From: Phycisphaerae bacterium | Lineage (GTDB): Bacteria; Planctomycetota; Phycisphaerae; UBA1845 | Reading direction: 5' to 3' | Assembly (NCBI GenBank): GCA_963666835.2 | Contig: CAXXGO010000006.1 | Location: 2,432,001-2,496,000, forward strand | Length of the DNA stretch: 64,000 bases | Shown here: positions 56,179 to 64,000 of the stretch, in pieces | Numbering within the stretch: the stretch's first letter is position 1 | How the letters are laid out: each line of letters begins with the position of its first letter | Notes under the pieces: model-generated | Told to the model about the DNA's origin: nothing | The model's database searches: none | The model's input: the letters and a program-made list of their open reading frames with translations, nothing else | Translations under genes and position numbers: made by a program

Positions 56179-57723
56179 ATGCGAAGGCCAAGGTTTGACA
56201 AACAGTTACGGTTGAATGCGGCCGGTGGCAGTGTGAGGCGAACGGGTTTCACCCTCGCCGAGCTGATCGTCTCGATGGGCATTCTGTTGCTTATGCTCAC
56301 CATGGCGGGGCAGGTTATGAGCCTGACCGTGCGGGCGACCGGGCAGGCCAAGGCCTTTACGGAAGTCCACCGCTCCGCGCGGATCATCGAGCGGGCGTTG
56401 CGGGAGGATCTCCGGCACGTCAAGTTCGGTAACACGATCATGGTTATCCAGGGCAATCCTATCAACGCCTACTGGACCCAAGAAGGTAAGGAGGCCGACC
56501 TCGATGGAGATCCGAGCAACGGCTACCTGCACATAAGGGACCCCGAGCGGGAGGCGGAGGACGGCTCCACGGACATGGCCGCTCCCCGCGCCGATGTGTT
56601 GATGTTCTTCACCACTCGCGAGGCCACGAATTACGTTCAATACAACTACACCAACGTCGCTCCGGATCAGGAGCAGGCGATTCGGTCGGGAGTGCAGCAG
56701 GTGGTTTACGGCCACGCTGATCTGATTGAGTTTGACTCCGATGGGGACCCTACGCCGGACGACGAGATCGAGCGGTTTCCGTCGGATCCCACGGTGTACT
56801 ACTCGCTTCCGGCGGAAGGATGGCACTTGGCCCGGCGGGTGGTCCATCTGCTGAGCGCCGATTCACCACCGCCGGCTTCGGTGCCGAAGTGGGCCGATGC
56901 CACTACGCGGAATCTGGATGAAGACGACGGGCATCCCCACATCGACTTGCTGGGGAACCCGGCGATTCTCATGGGTAAGACGGACGTAATGGCTGAGTTC
57001 GACTATGAGCAGTGGGTCATTACGCCGATGGACGTGGACAGCAACATTACGACTAGTGAATGGCGTTACTCCTGGCCGGAAGTGCTCAACGTGCCGGACC
57101 CGCCGGGTGCGGCGGTGTCTCCGTTTGCCCGGAGTATGTTGGACCCGAGTCCCCCGGCCCGTCTGGCGGATCGGCTGGGGCATTACTTCATGCCGAACTG
57201 CGCGTCGTTCAAGGTGGAGTGGGCTTTGGATCCGGCCAGCGATTTTGTGGGCGGCCGGCTCGAAAGCAGCGGTGACCCTGACGGTCGGCGGCAGGTCTTC
57301 TGGTTTGATCCGGGAGCCGAGAGGCCGCTTGCGACCCTCGAAGACTTCTTCCTGGGAGCGCATACGTCCCAATACACCGAGCTGCGGGAGCTGTTTGAAG
57401 ACGCCCTGGGTGGGGACTACGACTTCAACGGCGGCGGGGCAATCAACACGAACCAGACTTACAGTCTGAAAGACCGGTTCGGGGGCGGATCCAACTACGA
57501 CTCGTTGTGGCACAGCGACCCCTTTAGCAGTCCGGGGCGCCCGAACGTGGCGGTGTTCGCGGCGCAGCGGCGCCGGGCGGCGGCATCGGGGAGTACTCCG
57601 GGTGAGCCGATGCCGGAGGACGTCTTCCCGATAGCCTTGCGGATTACGGTGGATTTGTTCGACAACTTGCAGCGGCTCGAACGTCCGATCCGGCATGTGA
57701 TGATTCTGCCGGTCGGCGGGTAG
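56179..57723 (+). CDS. Minor pilin (PilW/GspJ-like position)
   Basis: TGFTLAELIVSMGIL..LREDL; C-terminal PIALRITVDLFD. Confidence 0.85.
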   Translation: MRRPRFDKQLRLNAAGGSVRRTGFTLAELIVSMGILLLMLTMAGQVMSLTVRATGQAKAFTEVHRSARIIERALREDLRHVKFGNTIMVIQGNPINAYWTQEGKEADLDGDPSNGYLHIRDPEREAEDGSTDMAAPRADVLMFFTTREATNYVQYNYTNVAPDQEQAIRSGVQQVVYGHADLIEFDSDGDPTPDDEIERFPSDPTVYYSLPAEGWHLARRVVHLLSADSPPPASVPKWADATTRNLDEDDGHPHIDLLGNPAILMGKTDVMAEFDYEQWVITPMDVDSNITTSEWRYSWPEVLNVPDPPGAAVSPFARSMLDPSPPARLADRLGHYFMPNCASFKVEWALDPASDFVGGRLESSGDPDGRRQVFWFDPGAERPLATLEDFFLGAHTSQYTELRELFEDALGGDYDFNGGGAINTNQTYSLKDRFGGGSNYDSLWHSDPFSSPGRPNVAVFAAQRRRAAASGSTPGEPMPEDVFPIALRITVDLFDNLQRLERPIRHVMILPVGG

Positions 57724-57841
57724 CGTTTGCGGGACGAAACGCGCGGGCGTGGCCGGCGGTTTCGATAGAGGGTCCGGCGGGAGCCCGCCGGCGGATTGGA
57801 TTGCCGGGAGTAGCCCCGGTAGACGGTGGAAGCAAAGCGGA

Positions 57842-60800
57842 ATGGTCAGTTTCAGGTACAACAAGCGTCGCAGACTCGAAGCTGTGAGGGTGTCCTCGCG
57901 GCGTCGCCGGGGGTCCGTCCTCGTGTTTGTGATGACGATTCTGGGCGTGCTCTTCGTAACGGGCATGGCCTTTATGATGACGATGCGCTTCGAGGAGGAC
58001 ATGATCTCCGCTGAGCAAGAGCGCGACCACACTCAACCCGCCATAGCGGGCGTGGCCGAGGAGATCGGTAGCCTGCTGGTCGATAGCGTCGATGCTATCA
58101 GTGACCAGGGCGACGATGGGGGTTTGACTGACCTGCCGGCCGTCTCCTTTGCGGAATTGCCCGGTCTGTTCAACCTGGTCGCCCCGCTGGAGCCGAATGT
58201 AGCGCCGGTCCCGAACAGCATGGATCGGCCGCGAGTGTTTCCGTGGTTCACCAACGTCGAGGGGATCATGCTCGCGGCGGATGACTCCGACCGACCGAGT
58301 TACCGCGGGCTGACGGTAGACACGGCGTGGGTTAGCGGTGTCGATCCTGTCAACGTCAAACATCCGGTGTCGGGCATTTACGTTCCGTTTGCGTCAGTCT
58401 ATCCGAATCTGACTCCGGTCGATTCTGACGGCGACGGGGTGGTTGATGCTATGCAGGTGGATCTCGCCGAGGTGGGTATCAAGGGCCGGGCACTGGATGA
58501 GCTGGCGAAGGTTGTTAATCCTCCGTCGAAGCCTGACGGCCCCGTCTATCTCGGGTTGCGCGTGGTCTCCCACGGGGGCATGGTTAATCTGAACGATGCT
58601 CATCCGAACCTGATTCGGGGATTGGATGATCCGAACGCGACGTGGGTCATTCCGCAACGGCAGGTCGATCCGGGCGAATTCGTGCCGTACTCGCCGGAGA
58701 TTGAGGAGGCTTCGTTGCGGCGCCGCGGGGGTTTGTTGCCCCCGTATCACCTGCCGCCGACGCGGATTCAGGGTAACCCGTTGGAGCCCAACGCTACCTT
58801 GGGTTTGGGCGATTACACCTCGCTGGTCTTCCAGCCGGGGGAGACTCTTCTGGATTATCGGTACTGGCCTTTCGATCCGGCCGAGTATGACAAGACCGTC
58901 GACCCGAACGTCGTGCTGTGGGCGATCCGGATGGGTCCGGAGTTCGCGGACGCTAACCCGAATGACGATCACTACGACCGGCGTCATCTGGTTACGACGA
59001 TCAGCCACGACGATTTGTTCCGTCGTCCGACGCCGGGCAAGAAGCTCGACGCCGACAAGAAGCTCGAGCGTGAGTGGGACGACGCCCTCGAGTTGATGCG
59101 CGAAGTGAACGCGAACAAGGGTGAATTGGTCTTTGAATACGCGGATTATCCGACCGGTATTACCAATACATACCTGAAAGCCCAGTATTCGAACAAACCG
59201 AACGAGCCGCTGGTGAAGTTCAATCTGGAGGATTACTGGGAGTGCGTTGCGGATGATGCGTGCCAGTTCAATGTCCGCAAGGGTAACCTGCGTCTTAGCC
59301 TGCCATGGCTGGACGACAACTTCGATATCAACCACCCCGTGGAGAAGCTCACAGTCATCAAGTACGTTCAGGATGTGTTCACGTTGATGTTGCTCAACGC
59401 CCGCGGTTCCGAGTGGGGCGATTTGACGGACTACGATCGGAACGGAGATGATACTGTTGACGATCTCGATCTTTATTATGACAAGGATGGGGACGGGGAT
59501 TGGACTGCTGCCACAGCCACCGACCCCGCCGAGGAGACATACCCGCAGGTCTGGGTGCCAGATTTCGCCAAGATTGCAGAGACCGCGGCGGCGCTTACGG
59601 CCAACATGATCGACTTTGCCGACTCTGACGACGAGCCGACCGAGGTGCAGGTCCGTTCGGCGGACTACACCGATCTGAGCAATTTTGGCCAGCCGGTGAC
59701 CGGCAGTTTCGTTTACGGGCTGGAGCGGCAGCCGTTTATCACCGAGGTGACGGCGCAGGTGACGGACGACGGCACCGGTGCGGCGGACCCCGGGGCGTCG
59801 TTCTATGCCGTGGAGCTGTTCAATCCGTATGAAGACCATGGCCCCGGCGCCGACATCGATCTGGCTGACTACTCGCTCACTGTTACGGGGGGCACCGCTC
59901 CGATTGAATTAAACGGCATCCTTGGACCGGGGGAGTTCGCGGTTTTTCGCGACAGCGACATGAATACGATAGGCTCGCCGCCACTGGCAGACGGCCAGAT
60001 GCTCGGGGGGTCGGTAACCGGTGTGCCGGGCTTGGCTTTTGCGCCGGCGGGCACGCCCAGCACCATCAAGTTATGGCGGGATGTAGACGGTACGGCGGTT
60101 GTGGTAGACGAGTTCACGCTGGGGGCTACCGGCCAAGTGGGCGAACTGGAACAAAACGCGGTGGTCCGTTCGGAGTATCGGTATCTTTCGGTAGAGGAGG
60201 ATTGGTACGCCACGGTTCCGGATACCGATTCGACACCTACAGGAGGCGGTGCGCACGGGCTCGGTTCGAAGAACGCACCGAAGCCCAATGATTGGCAGCC
60301 GGTGCAGGTCAAGTTTGCCAACACCGGGTCGCTGGAAACGGCGTTTCCGACGACCGGGTCGCTGCTATTACTGATGCGGGTGGCTAATTCGACTACCGCT
60401 GCGTTCAATGTGGGACTTGCAGACGATCAGTTCCGAATCGATAACGGCCGTATGCCGGTTTTTGATCACACGTTCGACCACAGCATTGATCCGAGGCTCG
60501 ACCCGACAGTTTCGGTTTCGGCTTCGCTTCCAGACGAGGCCCGCGAGAATAAGGGCCGGGCCGGAGATGTGCATCACCTGCCGTGGGGCCAGCTTGTGTT
60601 CGATTACTTCACGGCGATTCCGCTGGACAACGATGGGCCCTATTCTGATCCCGATCACAACAACACCCATGCTCCCAGAGTCGACGAGGACGGAGCGCGG
60701 GTTCACGGACGGATCGACCTCAACACGGCTCCGTGGAGCGTCCTGAAGGGGCTGCCTTACGTTCCGATGAGTAGTATCCCAGTGCCTTTCCAGGCGGATT

Positions 60801-61426
60801 TCTGGGATTGTTATTATCCGGCCTCAACGGGGAATAAGGATGAGGCCGCTTCGATCGGGGAGGAATTGGCCAAGGGGATCGTAGCGTATCGCGATCAACG
60901 TTCCGTTCAGGCGTCGTCGCTTCCTTATAATGATCTTACCGGCGATTACGGGTATTACGGTAACCCGACCACCGATTATTGCCGGGGATGGACGTACGAT
61001 ACTCCGCAGGTGCGGCGCGGCATGGGCTACCTGACCGTGGGTGAGCTGGCCAATGTCCGCCATCCACTGGTGGATACCGACGGCTACCGGATCGACATGA
61101 ACGCGGTGGAATCGCGGACTGACCAAACATACAACGTGCCTTATCTCACTGTGATTGCGCCGCTGGTGTCGTTGGGGGATTGGGTTACGGTTCGATCGCA
61201 GGTGTTCACCGTGTACGGGGCGCTGCGGGGTGAGGTGGATGAGGCCATCGAGGATGACAGTCTTTCGGCGTACGAACTGGGCGTGATCCGGGCCAAGGAC
61301 GTGGATACGCGGGCCTTGCGGTTCCAGGAGACGGTGGACCGCTTGCCGACCGTTTTGGGAGAATCGGCTCCGGCTCGCGTGGGTGATCGAAAGGTAACGC
61401 GGTACCTCGACGTGCGCAACGATTAG
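57842..61426 (+). CDS. Giant PilX/GspK-like minor pilin (about 1194 aa)
   Basis: RRRRGSVLVFVMTILGVL (no Glu5), GMVNLN, GRIDLNTAPWSVLKGLP, TVRSQVFTVY, DxDxDG repeats. Confidence 0.82.
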   Translation: MVSFRYNKRRRLEAVRVSSRRRRGSVLVFVMTILGVLFVTGMAFMMTMRFEEDMISAEQERDHTQPAIAGVAEEIGSLLVDSVDAISDQGDDGGLTDLPAVSFAELPGLFNLVAPLEPNVAPVPNSMDRPRVFPWFTNVEGIMLAADDSDRPSYRGLTVDTAWVSGVDPVNVKHPVSGIYVPFASVYPNLTPVDSDGDGVVDAMQVDLAEVGIKGRALDELAKVVNPPSKPDGPVYLGLRVVSHGGMVNLNDAHPNLIRGLDDPNATWVIPQRQVDPGEFVPYSPEIEEASLRRRGGLLPPYHLPPTRIQGNPLEPNATLGLGDYTSLVFQPGETLLDYRYWPFDPAEYDKTVDPNVVLWAIRMGPEFADANPNDDHYDRRHLVTTISHDDLFRRPTPGKKLDADKKLEREWDDALELMREVNANKGELVFEYADYPTGITNTYLKAQYSNKPNEPLVKFNLEDYWECVADDACQFNVRKGNLRLSLPWLDDNFDINHPVEKLTVIKYVQDVFTLMLLNARGSEWGDLTDYDRNGDDTVDDLDLYYDKDGDGDWTAATATDPAEETYPQVWVPDFAKIAETAAALTANMIDFADSDDEPTEVQVRSADYTDLSNFGQPVTGSFVYGLERQPFITEVTAQVTDDGTGAADPGASFYAVELFNPYEDHGPGADIDLADYSLTVTGGTAPIELNGILGPGEFAVFRDSDMNTIGSPPLADGQMLGGSVTGVPGLAFAPAGTPSTIKLWRDVDGTAVVVDEFTLGATGQVGELEQNAVVRSEYRYLSVEEDWYATVPDTDSTPTGGGAHGLGSKNAPKPNDWQPVQVKFANTGSLETAFPTTGSLLLLMRVANSTTAAFNVGLADDQFRIDNGRMPVFDHTFDHSIDPRLDPTVSVSASLPDEARENKGRAGDVHHLPWGQLVFDYFTAIPLDNDGPYSDPDHNNTHAPRVDEDGARVHGRIDLNTAPWSVLKGLPYVPMSSIPVPFQADFWDCYYPASTGNKDEAASIGEELAKGIVAYRDQRSVQASSLPYNDLTGDYGYYGNPTTDYCRGWTYDTPQVRRGMGYLTVGELANVRHPLVDTDGYRIDMNAVESRTDQTYNVPYLTVIAPLVSLGDWVTVRSQVFTVYGALRGEVDEAIEDDSLSAYELGVIRAKDVDTRALRFQETVDRLPTVLGESAPARVGDRKVTRYLDVRND

Positions 61427-61530
61427 CGTTGTGCCGGATCCGCGCCGCGGCCGCGGATCGAATTCGCACACGCACGCATTCGGACGTATCGCGTCGGTCG
61501 GGGGGACTGAGGGGCGGACGCGCCGGGGAT

Positions 61531-61705
61531 ACGCTGGAAGGCTGCGTGACGGGGTCCGGCAAAGCAGTTTTCGGCAGGCTGGAAGCCTGCGTTACGGGAC
61601 GAGGGGAAGAAGCGTCCGCAAGTTTGCGCCGAAGGGCAGGGTGGGGCAGGCTGGAAGCCTGCGCTGGCGTTTGGCACTCGGCAGGCTGGAAGCCTGCGTT
61701 ACGGG
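61531..61705. repeat. REP-like palindrome cluster
   Basis: GCAGGCTGGAAGCCTGC at 61574, 61646, 61681 (two followed by GTTACGGG); degenerate copy at about 61531. Confidence 0.8.
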
Positions 61706-61859
61706 GGCTCGGCGTCCCATATCGTTGCGGCACCGCGGCGCACAGGCTCGATCCGGCGGGGTTTCTATCGGACCGACACGCGGTCAACCGGGGTTTTCCG
61801 TTACCGGGCGTAGTTCATCGCGAGAAAACGGGCGAATAGGAGGACTGGGGCGGCTGGGG

Positions 61860-61889
61860 TTGGTATCATGTTGGGTAGGTGGATATAAT
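61860..61889 (+). promoter_or_regulatory. Putative sigma70 promoter of the Cys-repeat gene
   Basis: TTGGTA-N18-TATAAT about 125 nt upstream of ATG 62015. Confidence 0.45.
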
Positions 61890-62014
61890 GTCGGGGGAAT
61901 CGCCGGGAGGGGACGGCTGCAGAAGCTGCGGTCGCAGAAGCCATGTGTCCGTGGTCGTGCCGCGTCACCGGTAGAGCATCGAAATCCCCGTACCAAAGCA
62001 TGGGAGCTGATAGG

Positions 62015-64000
62015 ATGCGTATTAGTCGAACAAGTTGTTACCTCGCGGTGTTCGTTTTGGGTTGGGTGGCGCTGATGCCCGTCCAGGCGGCGTTGAACGT
62101 GCCGGTTACGGCGTTTGTGCCTGACCTGCCCGTCGGTGGTGCGGAGGCCATTCAGACCAGTGCGCTTGCGACGGTCGTGCCGGAGGAGGGCTGCGAGGTC
62201 ATCGCCGAATCTACCGAGCTGGGCGGCAGCTCCTTCGCGAAATGGGCGATGTTCGACTTCTTCCATGTGGAATACCTCTCGAGGCTGGATGAGGTCAAGT
62301 TCGGGTTGATCTGCCAGGAGGGGACGATTTCCGAGTTGCGGTTCTCGGTCCATGAGCGCTGCCCGGCTGACAGCAAATGGGGACGCATTGCCGACGATCT
62401 GATCCTGCACGATGCGCAGTGCAATGAGGCCGGCGATTACGAGCCCCGCTACTATGAGAGCGGTTCGTTCAACTCGTTGCCGTTGCTCCCTGAATGCGAG
62501 TACGCGATAGGAGTGTCTTGGGACGAAGGTCAGGCGGTCATGGCCGTGTACGATCGTGACGTCACCTACCCGCAGGATTTCTCGTCCGGTTGGGTCATGG
62601 GCTCGTTCGGGATGCTGACGATGGGCTATCCGGTTCCCGACGAGTTTGCGATGGAGCCGTATACGGGCAGCGCCTATCTGATGCAGATCTGCCTTGATCC
62701 CGAGCCCGGGGCTTGTTGCCTGTCGGGCGGGGCCTGTGAGGACAGGACCGAGAAGGCCTGCCTGAACGCCGGCGGTGTCTTCTCTGCGCAGCGGGTGACC
62801 TGCGATGAACTGGAGTCGCAAGGTCTGGGTTGTCCGATGACCGATGGGGCTTGCTGCGTTGATGACGGTGAAGGCGGTTCGGATTGCGTGGTTACGGACA
62901 AGTTCTCCTGCGATGAAAACGAAGGAACCTGGCACGGCGGAGAGGATTGTACGTACCCCGATCCGTGCATCCCGCGCGGGGCGTGCTGCCTGGACTATGG
63001 CGTATGCTTGGAAACGACCGAGGATGAGTGCGTAGAGACCTACGGGGGTGTTTATCAAGGCGACGATGTTCTGTGCGATGCGATTGGGCCGAAGTGCAGT
63101 TTTGGGGCGTGCTGTGTCAATGACGCCTGTGTAGAGCTGTCCGAGGTGGCTTGTTATAACTCGGGCGGATTATGGCGCGGGCACGGAAGCGATTGCGATA
63201 CGGATATCTGTGCCGGTATACCGCCGGGAGCGTGCTGCCTGTCAGACTCGGTCGGCGTTTGCGTGGACGGGGACGAGGGCATGACCGAGGACGGCTGCGC
63301 GGAGCTGGGTGGTACTTACCAGGGCGACTGGTCGACGTGTGATACCCTGGCGGTGAGTTGTGGCCGGGGGGCTTGCTGTATGCCTGGGGAAGGCTGCAAA
63401 GAAGGAGCCAACGGCCTGACGGAGAACCAGTGTTCCAGGCTGGGGGGCACCTATCAGGGCAACGGGACCACCTGCGAGACGTTGGATCCGCAATGTCCCG
63501 GAGCCTGCTGCTGGGAGGGTATGTGCCTGGACGATTGGTCGCCGCGCGATTGTGAGGATCTTGGCGGCGCGGTCTTTGCGGGCTATGAGCTTGCGTGTCC
63601 AGCAGAGGCTGGCGACCCCGATCCGTGTGCGGCGGCGCTCCAGGGGTCATGTTGTTTGCCGGGCGGCTCCTGTGTAACCGTCGAGAGTTCGATTGTATGC
63701 ACCGCGCTAAGAGGGACGTGGGACGATACTAAGACGTGCGGTCCGGAGGTGTGCGAACCCACAATTAGGTTCGGAACATGTTGCCTGCCGGATGGGCGGT
63801 GTGCGGAGGTTGAGGCGTCAATATGTACGGATGAAAGCGGCGATTTTACCGAGGGCGCTGAGTGTTCGCCGGATACGTGCGCGGTGTGCTGCCGTGACGG
63901 CGGCACCTGCGATGAGAACGTTGCGTTCTGCGATCCGCAGGCCGGGGGGCATTACCATGCGGACCGAAACTGCACCGCCGGCGTGGGCTGTCCGAGTGTG
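62015..64000 (+). CDS. Secreted Cys-rich GACC-repeat protein, partial (runs off the right edge; not in ORF track)
   Basis: Manual translation open for 662 codons: signal peptide MRISRTSCYLAVFVLGWVALMPVQA, about 230-aa N-domain, then 10 repeats of type GACC-x-C-x-C-x3-GG-x-(W/Y/F)-x-G-x-C-x-C. Confidence 0.92.
   Translation, partial: MRISRTSCYLAVFVLGWVALMPVQAALNVPVTAFVPDLPVGGAEAIQTSALATVVPEEGCEVIAESTELGGSSFAKWAMFDFFHVEYLSRLDEVKFGLICQEGTISELRFSVHERCPADSKWGRIADDLILHDAQCNEAGDYEPRYYESGSFNSLPLLPECEYAIGVSWDEGQAVMAVYDRDVTYPQDFSSGWVMGSFGMLTMGYPVPDEFAMEPYTGSAYLMQICLDPEPGACCLSGGACEDRTEKACLNAGGVFSAQRVTCDELESQGLGCPMTDGACCVDDGEGGSDCVVTDKFSCDENEGTWHGGEDCTYPDPCIPRGACCLDYGVCLETTEDECVETYGGVYQGDDVLCDAIGPKCSFGACCVNDACVELSEVACYNSGGLWRGHGSDCDTDICAGIPPGACCLSDSVGVCVDGDEGMTEDGCAELGGTYQGDWSTCDTLAVSCGRGACCMPGEGCKEGANGLTENQCSRLGGTYQGNGTTCETLDPQCPGACCWEGMCLDDWSPRDCEDLGGAVFAGYELACPAEAGDPDPCAAALQGSCCLPGGSCVTVESSIVCTALRGTWDDTKTCGPEVCEPTIRFGTCCLPDGRCAEVEASICTDESGDFTEGAECSPDTCAVCCRDGGTCDENVAFCDPQAGGHYHADRNCTAGVGCPSV

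Noticed and set aside
58394..59839. 481-aa minus-strand ORF and similar long antisense ORFs elsewhere
   Set aside because: Shadows of well-supported genes on the opposite strand
61784..63058. 424-aa minus-strand ORF
   Set aside because: Antisense to the Cys-repeat gene, which has a signal peptide and clear repeats

Overview
High-GC bacterial DNA, very probably from a planctomycete, most likely Phycisphaerae. This is inferred from gene content: TIGR02999-type ECF/Ser-Thr kinase pairs, many PQQ-like beta-propellers, an H-X9-DG-type prepilin and GACC Cys-repeat proteins. Layout from left to right: (1) an envelope block with four PQQ/BamB-like propellers, a LolD-like ATPase, a giant FtsX-type permease and a LolA-like protein; (2) an ECF sigma factor with a TPR Ser/Thr kinase; (3) a minus-strand block encoding a lipoprotein, a membrane protein, a DUF4091/CBM9-like lipoprotein, a prepilin and PTS IIA; (4) two tandem unknown paralogues; (5) rpmA-obgE-coaX-mnmE-like followed by a kinase; (6) metabolic genes containing ten cognate +1 insertions at 33.1-35.7 kb, probably read error; (7) a serine hydrolase, a composite GTAG-REP cluster and an orphan ECF; (8) a MEMO-AMMECR1 fusion, DUF362 protein and radical SAM enzyme that all carry apparent export signals; (9) a 17 kb pilB-pilT-pilB-pilC operon with seven oversized pilins or pseudopilins; (10) a secreted protein with at least 10 six-Cys GACC repeats, which the ORF track misses. 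The best candidates for undescribed systems are the apparently periplasmic AmmeMemoRadiSam/DUF362 module and the retractile pilus built from T2SS-like giant pilins. No rRNA, tRNA, CRISPR array or transposase was recognised. All family names come from motif recognition by eye, not from database searches.
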